Positions 1-7,410 of a stretch of DNA of 64,000 bases are shown piece after piece. The position numbers were made by a program, and so were the translations under genes. Numbering within the stretch: position 1 is the first letter of the stretch; each line of letters begins with the position of its first letter. The notes below the pieces were generated by a model. That model searched no databases. It was not told the origin of the DNA and worked only from the letters and a program-made list of their open reading frames with translations. Origin of the DNA: Candidatus Heimdallarchaeum aukensis (GTDB taxonomy: Archaea; Asgardarchaeota; Heimdallarchaeia; Heimdallarchaeales; Heimdallarchaeaceae); contig CP084166.1 in the NCBI GenBank assembly GCA_021513695.1, forward strand, positions 256,001 to 320,000, in the 5' to 3' direction.

Positions 1-99
1 TAAGTTAGCTCTAAAATATTGAAAAGGTTTATACCATTCTCTATCCCAATGTGTATGAGGAACAATAATTACTTCTTTCTGTTTATCCTTGATGTCCAT
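1..99 (-). CDS. 5' fragment of a glycoside hydrolase family 38 (alpha-mannosidase-like) gene; the start codon is the reverse complement of 97..99 and the gene continues past the window start
   Basis: Reverse-complement translation of 1..99 gives MDIKDKQKEVIIVPHTHWDREWYKPFQYFRANL. The VxxPHTHWDREWY block matches the N-terminal catalytic signature of GH38 alpha-mannosidases. Only 33 codons are visible. Confidence 0.45.
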   Translation of the reverse strand, partial: MDIKDKQKEVIIVPHTHWDREWYKPFQYFRANL

Positions 100-180
100 A
101 CTGATCTTTTCGAAGCTAAATAAATAAAAGTTATTCTCAAGAAAGGAGATATCTGAATATAAAAGAAAAAATATGTTTAT

Positions 181-1065
181 CTATTTTGTAGCAATGACAA
201 AGTAAAATTCTTTAAAATCTTTAATTTTAACGTTTTCTTTTTCAAATACTTTGAAGAACAACTCTTCTAATTCTTCTTTTTTAAACTTCCTTAATTTTCT
301 CTCTTTTATTGTTTTAGCAAAGTAAAAACTAAATCCCTTTGTTTCAGTTTCTATTGCGTCTACTATATAACTTTCGAAAAACTTGAATTCAAAAAATCCT
401 GCTCTTCCTCCCTTTTTTAAGATTCTCTTTGTTTCATGAAGAAATTCTATAGAATCTTCATCATTAAGTAACCCTAAATTTAAAGTTGAAAGAAACCTGT
501 CTAAAAGATTATCTTTTAGAGGTATTTCATCATATTTTGCCCTTATGTTTTGATAACTATCTATTGCTGTTTCATGTGCTTCTGGCATCAGGATATTATA
601 ACGACTGAATTTCTCTTTTGGTCCAGCGTTAACACACTTTGTACATAGAGTTGGAATTAAAAATTGCTGATTACCAGAAGATATAGTACCAAAAGTTAAA
701 TCTTTAGAACATTTCATTTGTTTTTTACAGTCATTATTTAGTTCAATTGCCATTTTCTTGCTTACTCCTTCTATCAAGGCACCTAAAGACCAATTCAGCA
801 TAAATCCAATCTGTTTTTTTCCATACTCTGTTATAGACAAATATGATCGATACCCTTGCCCTTTTATTTGCTCATCCTTAATTAGTTTCTCTTGTTTTAA
901 TCTTTCAAAAATAGCATAAAAAGAACTATCTGGTTTGTTTCCTAAAGAAGGGTATTTAGTTCTGATTATGTGAATAATCTCACTTTTGTATAAGGGCACG
1001 TTTGAATTTTTTAGGATAGTTAATATTTCTAGGCCTAACCAATTAATAGCGAATAAGGCATCCAT
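181..1065 (-). CDS. hypothetical protein with an N-terminal winged-helix-like DNA-binding region
   Basis: 294-aa ORF. The N-terminal segment (LYKSEIIHIIRTKYPSLG...YRSYLSITEYGKKQ) has the look of a PadR/MarR-type winged HTH. A Cys cluster CTKCVNAGPKEK follows. No further recognisable motifs. Confidence 0.3.
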   Translation of the reverse strand: MDALFAINWLGLEILTILKNSNVPLYKSEIIHIIRTKYPSLGNKPDSSFYAIFERLKQEKLIKDEQIKGQGYRSYLSITEYGKKQIGFMLNWSLGALIEGVSKKMAIELNNDCKKQMKCSKDLTFGTISSGNQQFLIPTLCTKCVNAGPKEKFSRYNILMPEAHETAIDSYQNIRAKYDEIPLKDNLLDRFLSTLNLGLLNDEDSIEFLHETKRILKKGGRAGFFEFKFFESYIVDAIETETKGFSFYFAKTIKERKLRKFKKEELEELFFKVFEKENVKIKDFKEFYFVIATK

Positions 1066-1237
1066 ATCTGTTGATTAAAAATGCAATTATTAAAAATTTT
1101 TCTTTTAAAAAAGTGTTTGTTCTCTTAATTTATAGTTTTTGATTATTATATAACTATCTTTAATAAACTTGAATTTATTCAGCGAATAAAAATTGACTCG
1201 GACAAATTGTTTAAATATTAATAAATATAAATGAATC

Positions 1238-1519
1238 TTGATAAGAATGGATTTAGTAGTTAAGGATCCTGAAAAAATAGTAGAAATCGCAAAAGTACTC
1301 TCAAGTACAACAAGATTCAAAATAATTCACTTATTGAAAGACAAAGAAATGACAATTAGTGATCTCGCAGATGAAATTCGTCAAACACAAGCAAATACAT
1401 CAGCTCAAATAAAAATGATAGAAAATGTAGGGTTGATGGAAAATAAGTATGAGCCTGGAGATCATGGAGTGAAAAAACTTTGTAAAACAAAGGTCAAAAG
1501 AATAATAATTGAGATATAG
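1238..1519 (+). CDS. ArsR/SmtB-family winged-helix transcriptional regulator
   Basis: 93 aa. RFKIIHLLKDKEMTISDLADEIRQTQANTSAQIKMIENVGLME fits the ArsR HTH pattern (R..IL..L...E..v.eL.......S.hL..L...Gl). Confidence 0.6.
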   Translation: MIRMDLVVKDPEKIVEIAKVLSSTTRFKIIHLLKDKEMTISDLADEIRQTQANTSAQIKMIENVGLMENKYEPGDHGVKKLCKTKVKRIIIEI

Positions 1520-1779
1520 ATATCATAAGTAGAAATATTGGAAATTTCTTAATTATTTCTTTTCTAAATATATTACTTTTTCAAACATATTTGTAAGTGG
1601 TAATAAAACAAAAAGATTACTCTCTTCAGGTAAATTGTCGATAGAAGTGTAGAGTATAAAAGGCGAGTCTTCAGATTCTCTAATCATAATCTTAAAGAAA
1701 GGATTCAGAGAAACAATTTTTTTAATGTCTTCAATAGATATGGTCATGATTTACTTTTTTACGTAAAGTTTTTCACACT

Positions 1780-1990
1780 CTGTCTTGCAAGAGAGAAAAC
1801 TAAAGGAAGTTTAATCTCTTGAACTCAACCAAGCCATACAATGCCATGAAGGGGTTGAGACAGACATCATACACGAATCGTGGGAATCATAAAGAAGAAA
1901 AGAACTAAAAACTCTTTTCTTCACTCCACGAGAGACAAAAAAGAAAGAATTACTCCTATAATAGAGAAGGAGTTAAGTTCTTTTTTGTCT
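1780..1990 (-). ncRNA. candidate TnpB guide RNA (omegaRNA/reRNA) and right-end region of the IS200/IS605-type element
   Basis: GC-rich, non-coding block immediately 3' of the tnpB stop and continuous with it on the minus strand. In IS200/IS605 elements the omegaRNA overlaps the tnpB 3' end and extends into the right end. No fold was computed. Confidence 0.35.
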
Positions 1991-3443
1991 ACTGGGGCTG
2001 CAACCAATGGCTGAGCCCTCGGCAAACAGTGAAATGGGAAGAACTGAACCTTTGACCAGTGAGGTAATCAGTGATAGTTGTTCCTCGAGGACGAAAAAGA
2101 GCACCAAGGAACTTACGAGCGATATTCATTGCTCCTGTGAGGTCAGAGTGGAAAGTGTAATTGCAAGAGGGGCAATGGACTAAACCTCTAACAGGACGGA
2201 CAACTTTCCTTCCACAACGAGTACAGTGAGAGGATGTCCCTCTTTCCTCTACGGTTAATATTCGATGAGGGTCAAAACCTCTTAATATCAATGCTCGACG
2301 GAGAAGAGTAAGAACTAGAGAAAAGTTCCACTGATGAAGTTTCCTGCGAAACTTACGCGCACTGTTCCCTTTTCCTTTATCTTTTCTCACATTTTTGGGG
2401 TAACCTACGACGACGAAAAGGTCATACCTTCGAGCATAGGTCTCTATCGTCTGCACAACCTCACTTATAAATTGGTGAATATAGGACAGTTTAACGTTTC
2501 TATATCTTCTTCGGAGAAGACTAAGAAAACGATAAACTTGGTGTTTTTTACCCGACTGGTCGTTTAAAGCTGCTTTCCTCTGAAGACGGGAAAGTTTGAG
2601 TTTATATCTATGATTGATTTTATTCCATTGTTTGGTATACCAGAATTTTATTTCTTCACTTGTTAATTTCTTTTTAGGGGTTAGTAACACTCCTGCAGCA
2701 GGAATGTTTATCCCTAGATCTATTCCCAGCACAGCTGGAGGAAGAGAAGAAGAACTTTTTTTTTTAGGAGGATAAAAAGAAGGAGGAGGAAGAACTCTTA
2801 GTTGGAAATACACCCACCACTCATGTGTAGAACGTTTATATCTTAGTTCTAAACTTTTTATTCGTCCTTTCTTTAATTCCTTCTGGTGGAAAGTGCTCAT
2901 CTCTAAAGGCAACCATAACTTCTGATGATATGGGGTATTTCTTTTCCACGTATCTAACGAGTCTCTTATCCCCACCCACCAACGAGCGAGAGTGTTATTC
3001 TTCTCTTTAGGTAAATGGACGAGAACGAACCTCTTTGCATTAATTAGTTGTCTTCTTGCTCTCTTTATTGGAGGACGAGTATTATTAGGTCTATACCCTT
3101 GTTCATATAATTGTACGGCTATATCTCTACACTCTTGAAATTCATTGTGGGAACAATAAGGGAACATTTTCTTCAGATCGTGAGGGACATTCTTTCTTCT
3201 CTCTTCTTCTTTAACTTTTGAAGTAGTTAGCGTCAACTCATCTAGTTTTCCTCTATGCACTCTTATTTTCCCTTTTTTAGTTTTAGTACATATTTTTCTT
3301 CTGTTGTGGTGTATAATTCTCACATACTTTTCTATTATCCTCGTATCTCTTCCCGTTATTCTCCTTAACCTTTCCTTCTTCCTCGTCGTCAATACCTCCT
3401 TCTTTATTCTCACTTTCAAGGTTTTGACGACGTCCTTCACCAT
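1989..3443 (-). CDS. tnpB: TnpB (IS200/IS605 OrfB family, RNA-guided nuclease-like protein)
   Basis: 484 aa. RuvC-I-like LGIDLGINIPAAG. C-terminal zinc finger CTRCGRK...HCPSCNYTFHSDLTGAMNIARK with the RuvC-III-like D. N-terminus KTLKVRIKK...RKKERL resembles the OrfB N-terminal domain. By eye, the expected RuvC-II glutamate position (FVVVGYPKNV) appears to be a glycine. Gene is markedly GC-richer and more Arg-rich than its neighbours. Confidence 0.8.
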   Translation of the reverse strand: MVKDVVKTLKVRIKKEVLTTRKKERLRRITGRDTRIIEKYVRIIHHNRRKICTKTKKGKIRVHRGKLDELTLTTSKVKEEERRKNVPHDLKKMFPYCSHNEFQECRDIAVQLYEQGYRPNNTRPPIKRARRQLINAKRFVLVHLPKEKNNTLARWWVGIRDSLDTWKRNTPYHQKLWLPLEMSTFHQKELKKGRIKSLELRYKRSTHEWWVYFQLRVLPPPSFYPPKKKSSSSLPPAVLGIDLGINIPAAGVLLTPKKKLTSEEIKFWYTKQWNKINHRYKLKLSRLQRKAALNDQSGKKHQVYRFLSLLRRRYRNVKLSYIHQFISEVVQTIETYARRYDLFVVVGYPKNVRKDKGKGNSARKFRRKLHQWNFSLVLTLLRRALILRGFDPHRILTVEERGTSSHCTRCGRKVVRPVRGLVHCPSCNYTFHSDLTGAMNIARKFLGALFRPRGTTITDYLTGQRFSSSHFTVCRGLSHWLQPQ

Positions 3444-3581
3444 CTTTCTCTTTTCTCCTTCTTTCCTCTTTTTTTTGTTTCTTCTTCTCTTTTTTATTCT
3501 ACTTTTTTCCCTATAAAAACCCCTCTCCTTCCTCTCCTCTCCTTTCTTTTTTCTCTCTACATTTTCCTCAATAATTGTAAA

Positions 3582-4082
3582 TTACGTAAAAAATAGACGC
3601 ATGCTAGAAGTTAATTTCTTTAGAGATTCAAGAGGTATAGCTGAAAGATTATTTAGAATTGTAAACTCTAAATTCATTTTTGTTAATATTTGACTAAAAG
3701 CAGTTATCCTCTTCCTAGCATTAGACAGATGATCTCGTATGGTTGAAGGGCTATTTTGAGTAAACTTTGCTATTTCTTCTGATTTGAAATCTAAAATATC
3801 GTGAAGATAAAAACAAAGAAATTGTTTGTCAGATAAAACGGAAGAAACAGGATTAATATCAGAAAAATAACCAAGGTTTACTAATTTAGAAACAGTTTCT
3901 AAAAAATCTAATTCTTGAACTTCTTCTTTAATACTATCTTTCCTTTTAAAAGAAAAAAGAATAACTAAGGAAGCTCTTCTAATTTCCATGTTAATGAAGA
4001 GTTTTAAATGTTTAATACTTTCAGGAATTTTGGGTAAAAATTCTTTATGATCTTCATTTTTTACTAGAATCGAAAATTTCAT
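3582..4082 (-). CDS. hypothetical protein with a C-terminal HTH resembling sigma-70 region 4 / LuxR type
   Basis: 166 aa. FLCFYLHDILDFKSEEIAKFTQNSPSTIRDHLSNARKRI resembles a region-4-type HTH. Weak. Confidence 0.3.
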   Translation of the reverse strand: MKFSILVKNEDHKEFLPKIPESIKHLKLFINMEIRRASLVILFSFKRKDSIKEEVQELDFLETVSKLVNLGYFSDINPVSSVLSDKQFLCFYLHDILDFKSEEIAKFTQNSPSTIRDHLSNARKRITAFSQILTKMNLEFTILNNLSAIPLESLKKLTSSMRLFFT

Positions 4083-4168
4083 TCAATAAATCAATCTCAC
4101 TAATTATTTATAAATGAAGAAAAAAAGATTTCTCATATTTATAAAGAAATTCAATTATAAATCATTGA

Positions 4169-4801
4169 ATGAGAAAATTTCATGATTCAGAGAAAGAACA
4201 TCTATTTGAGCTAATAAGAATTATTCAAACAAGTTTAGATAGTATTCTTCAAAACAAAGATATCTATGAAAGTTCATATGTAGAAGAATTAGAAAAAAGA
4301 AATATTGCATTCATATCGTTATTAATCTATATCCAGAAAACGATTAGTGAAGTAATTTTGTGGGATTCTGAATTTGGAAAGGATTTATTTTTAGTCAATA
4401 AAGAAACTGATATTTCAAGAATTAGTAAATTAGACATTATAAAGGAAACAAATCTTATTGCTCAATCCATTACCCGACTAATTAAGCATTTAATTCAAAT
4501 TTTTTTGGATAGTAGAATGAAATATAAAATGGATATTTCTCAAGCAAATGAAACTCATCTTTTTCCTTTCCCCTTTTATTTTGAAAATGAAATGCAAATA
4601 CAGAGTTTAGCAGAAGCAGTTATAAAGATCGATAATCAATTAAGTAGATTATTTGACGAAGGATTTGTTACAAAATCTAGAAAAAGGAATATTAATTTAG
4701 ATTTGACAAATTCAATTTCTTTTGCAGATAAAGAAAATTTTAAACCTCACGAAAGACCTAATTTAGAAGATGTTCTTGATGAAATACTAATAGAAGGATA
4801 G
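4169..4801 (+). CDS. hypothetical protein
   Basis: 210-aa ORF, AT-rich codon usage like the host genome. No recognisable motifs. Confidence 0.3.
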   Translation: MRKFHDSEKEHLFELIRIIQTSLDSILQNKDIYESSYVEELEKRNIAFISLLIYIQKTISEVILWDSEFGKDLFLVNKETDISRISKLDIIKETNLIAQSITRLIKHLIQIFLDSRMKYKMDISQANETHLFPFPFYFENEMQIQSLAEAVIKIDNQLSRLFDEGFVTKSRKRNINLDLTNSISFADKENFKPHERPNLEDVLDEILIEG

Positions 4802-4857
4802 CTATAGTCATTTTTTCTATTTCTTCTTTCTTTATAAAGTAATATTAAGATAAGATT

Positions 4858-5595
4858 TTGAGTAAAATGATATTAAGTCAAGTTGAAAACATCTTACAAT
4901 ATGAGCAACCAGATGAAATTTCTCCTGCTTTACCAAGAAATCATTATATTTTTATTGAAAAACTTATCAAATTCCTATCAAATTCAATCAACTATCCTTC
5001 ATTGTGTGAAACAAGAAGAGTTTTTTTCTCAAATCTTCTAGTAATTACTGCATTAAATAACGAAAGTAAGTATTTAACAAAGAATTTTCTTACCTCTGCT
5101 TTTTTAGCTTTATTACGTAATGTTTCAGGGCATATAGACGCTAAATCTCTCCAAGATTTGATAAACCAAATTTCAGGTACATTTATAGGAGTATCAAAAG
5201 GAAAGGCTTTTTCGTTATCAAGCGTAAATAAAATAACAAATGAATTAATAAATCTAGGTATAATCAAAAAGTCAACTGTAGATTTTTTTACTTATGTTGA
5301 AAAAGAGGCATTAAAGTTGGCAAAAAAAACTTGTTCTCATTTTGAAGAAATTAGAAATATGTCAAAAAGTGTTTCGATAAAGATCTCAAGTTTAGTAAAG
5401 AAAAGAATTGTTCCAAGGATGAAAGTTAAACAATCATCAACAGTCTTAGTTCTATCTATCTTATTTAATTATTTACCAAGAAAAGGATATTATAGAGATA
5501 ATGTGTTCAAATTTGTTAGTGAAAAACAAAAAGTGGATTTTCAATTATTAAAGAAAAGAGTGTATAGATTTAGATCAAAATTTAATATTTCGTAG
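4858..5595 (+). CDS. hypothetical protein
   Basis: 245-aa ORF. No recognisable motifs. Confidence 0.3.
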   Translation: MSKMILSQVENILQYEQPDEISPALPRNHYIFIEKLIKFLSNSINYPSLCETRRVFFSNLLVITALNNESKYLTKNFLTSAFLALLRNVSGHIDAKSLQDLINQISGTFIGVSKGKAFSLSSVNKITNELINLGIIKKSTVDFFTYVEKEALKLAKKTCSHFEEIRNMSKSVSIKISSLVKKRIVPRMKVKQSSTVLVLSILFNYLPRKGYYRDNVFKFVSEKQKVDFQLLKKRVYRFRSKFNIS

Positions 5596-5678
5596 CTTTT
5601 TAGTAACTCAAGTTTGCTTTCTTTTCTTCTCTAAGATTAAATACTCAAAACTCTATTATTTATTAACTCTGAAAAAGA

Positions 5679-6830
5679 GGAGAGTGTGAGTATAGTGTAA
5701 ATGTATTTTGCAGATATGGGTTTACACTACACTCTCCATACTAGTAGATTTTTTTTCATATTAAAATATTTTTTGTTTATCTCACGACTGTTTACTCTAT
5801 CCACGTTGGTAACAAATAAATAGAAAGTGGGTTACGAGGGTAAATGATGTATTATGAACAAACCCAAACGTAACCTAGAGAGACTAAGAAAGATTGTGGT
5901 TAAAAAAGCTTTGGAAGGAGAGAAGATAAAAGAGGTAGCTCACAGGTTTATGGTGAGTAGGAAGTTTGTTTACAAGTGGTTGAAGAGGTTCAGAGAGAAC
6001 CCTGAAGGAGAATGGTGGAAGAATAGATCATCTAGACCTAAAACTATACACAGGAAAGTGGATGAGGAGTTAAGAGAGAAGATAAGGGAGTTAAGAGTAA
6101 AGCAAGGAATGAACGTGGAGAAGATAGTTTATCTGTTGAAGAAAGAAGGAAGAGCATTATCGCGAAACACAGTAGTTAAAGTAATAGGAGAGTTAGGTCT
6201 TCCTCTGTGGAGTAATAGAAAAAAGAGAAACAGAACTCAATACAAGAGTTTTGAACGCTCTAGCCCTAACGAACTCTGGCAGATAGATGTGAAAGGACCA
6301 TTCTGGATAGAAGAACAAGGACAACACCTTTATCTCATAACCTTGATAGACGACCACTCACGATTCTGTCTGGGAGCTAAACTCCACCCTTTTGCACCGA
6401 AAAAAGAGCAGATAATAAGTTTGTTAGAAGGAGCAATAGAAAAATATGGACACCCCGAGTCTATCCTCACGGACAATGGAGCACTCTTCTACTCCGTTAG
6501 AGGAGGAACAAGTACCTTCTCCCGTTGGTGTCAAACAGAAGGAATAAAACACATCAGATCTAGAGTTTTTCACCCCGAAACATGCGGAAAAGTAGAAAGA
6601 CTACATGGAACCATCATCCGTGAGATGAAAAGACTAGGACTAACCTACTGTAACTCCGACCTCTCCTTCTACCGCTCTTACTACAATTTTAGCCGTCCTC
6701 ACCAGTCTCTTAACCTCCTTACCCCTGGAGAAAAATTTATGAATCACCCCTACGTTTCTCTAGTGCCCAAAAGTGTAACCCAGGTCTATTGAGTGAACAT
6801 GTTTATCTCACGACCTTTAAAATATTTAAA
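5679..6830 (+). mobile_element. IS481-like insertion sequence (approximate extent)
   Basis: Transposase gene flanked by the 14-bp direct repeat GTTTATCTCACGAC at 5775..5788 and 6801..6814. A 17-bp-stem imperfect hairpin at 5679..5737 lies upstream. Clean terminal inverted repeats could not be identified by eye. Confidence 0.45.
5854..6792 (+). CDS. IS481-like DDE transposase/integrase (rve core with N-terminal HTH)
   Basis: 312 aa. N-terminal HTH (KEVAHRFMVSRKFVYKWLKRF). DDE core: WQIDVKGPF (D), LITLIDDHSRF (D), ILTDNGALF, HPETCGKVERLHGT (E). Codon usage GC-richer than the host. Confidence 0.8.
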   Translation: MNKPKRNLERLRKIVVKKALEGEKIKEVAHRFMVSRKFVYKWLKRFRENPEGEWWKNRSSRPKTIHRKVDEELREKIRELRVKQGMNVEKIVYLLKKEGRALSRNTVVKVIGELGLPLWSNRKKRNRTQYKSFERSSPNELWQIDVKGPFWIEEQGQHLYLITLIDDHSRFCLGAKLHPFAPKKEQIISLLEGAIEKYGHPESILTDNGALFYSVRGGTSTFSRWCQTEGIKHIRSRVFHPETCGKVERLHGTIIREMKRLGLTYCNSDLSFYRSYYNFSRPHQSLNLLTPGEKFMNHPYVSLVPKSVTQVY

Positions 6831-6947
6831 AAATATTCTAATTAATCTATTATTATAAATATTTTAGTTTATATACTAGTTGTGAATTATATATCTTTTC
6901 TTTTATGTCGCTAAATCTCAATTTTTTAATGATTCTCTTCTTTATAA

Positions 6948-7349
6948 ATGAATTTCTATAATATTATAGTGATGATAGTGTCTAGTCAAAATCAACTAAT
7001 AAGTACAAGTTTGGAACAAGTACACAATAATAATTTTTTTGAAATATTTGGGGAACTAAGTGGTTTTATTCACAAAGAAATTTCTATTTCAAAGGAAGAT
7101 CTAGATAATCTTTTTTGTAAGGTAATGAGCATCTCTCAAACAACATCCTTGAACTTGATGCCCACTTTCTATTCTGCTTTGTTATTTGTATCTTCAATTT
7201 TGATTCATGAGTTAAAAGAAGAAAAAGCTGAAAAGCTATTAGATTTTATTATAGAAAAGTATAATTTGGACATTGATAAATTTAGCAATGATATATTGTT
7301 TTTGCGTGAATTAACAGGTTTAAAAGCTAAAATACAATTATTTGAGTAA
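6948..7349 (+). CDS. hypothetical protein
   Basis: 133-aa ORF. No motifs. Confidence 0.25.
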   Translation: MNFYNIIVMIVSSQNQLISTSLEQVHNNNFFEIFGELSGFIHKEISISKEDLDNLFCKVMSISQTTSLNLMPTFYSALLFVSSILIHELKEEKAEKLLDFIIEKYNLDIDKFSNDILFLRELTGLKAKIQLFE

Positions 7350-7410
7350 CAAAATCCATTTTCTTTTTTTCTCTGTTTATAAACTGTTTATTTTATTATT
7401 AATTTGATAA

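Larger units (their letters stand above)
1780..3600 (-). mobile_element. TnpB-only IS200/IS605-family (IS1341-like) element with no adjacent TnpA; boundaries approximate
   Basis: tnpB plus the GC-rich 3' flank. A compositional island in AT-rich DNA. A polypurine (minus-strand) tract at 3444..3580 lies upstream. No HUH Y1 transposase nearby. Confidence 0.5.

Noticed and set aside
1553-1747. 64-aa minus-strand ORF between the ArsR-like gene and the TnpB element
   Set aside because: Short, no motifs. It lies in the junction region of the inserted element. Not enough support to call.
2334-2567. 77-aa ORF antisense inside tnpB
   Set aside because: Shadow ORF within a well-supported gene. No motifs.
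3304-3516. 70-aa plus-strand ORF rich in L/F/S
   Set aside because: It is the translation of a polypyrimidine low-complexity tract. It overlaps the tnpB 5' end on the opposite strand.
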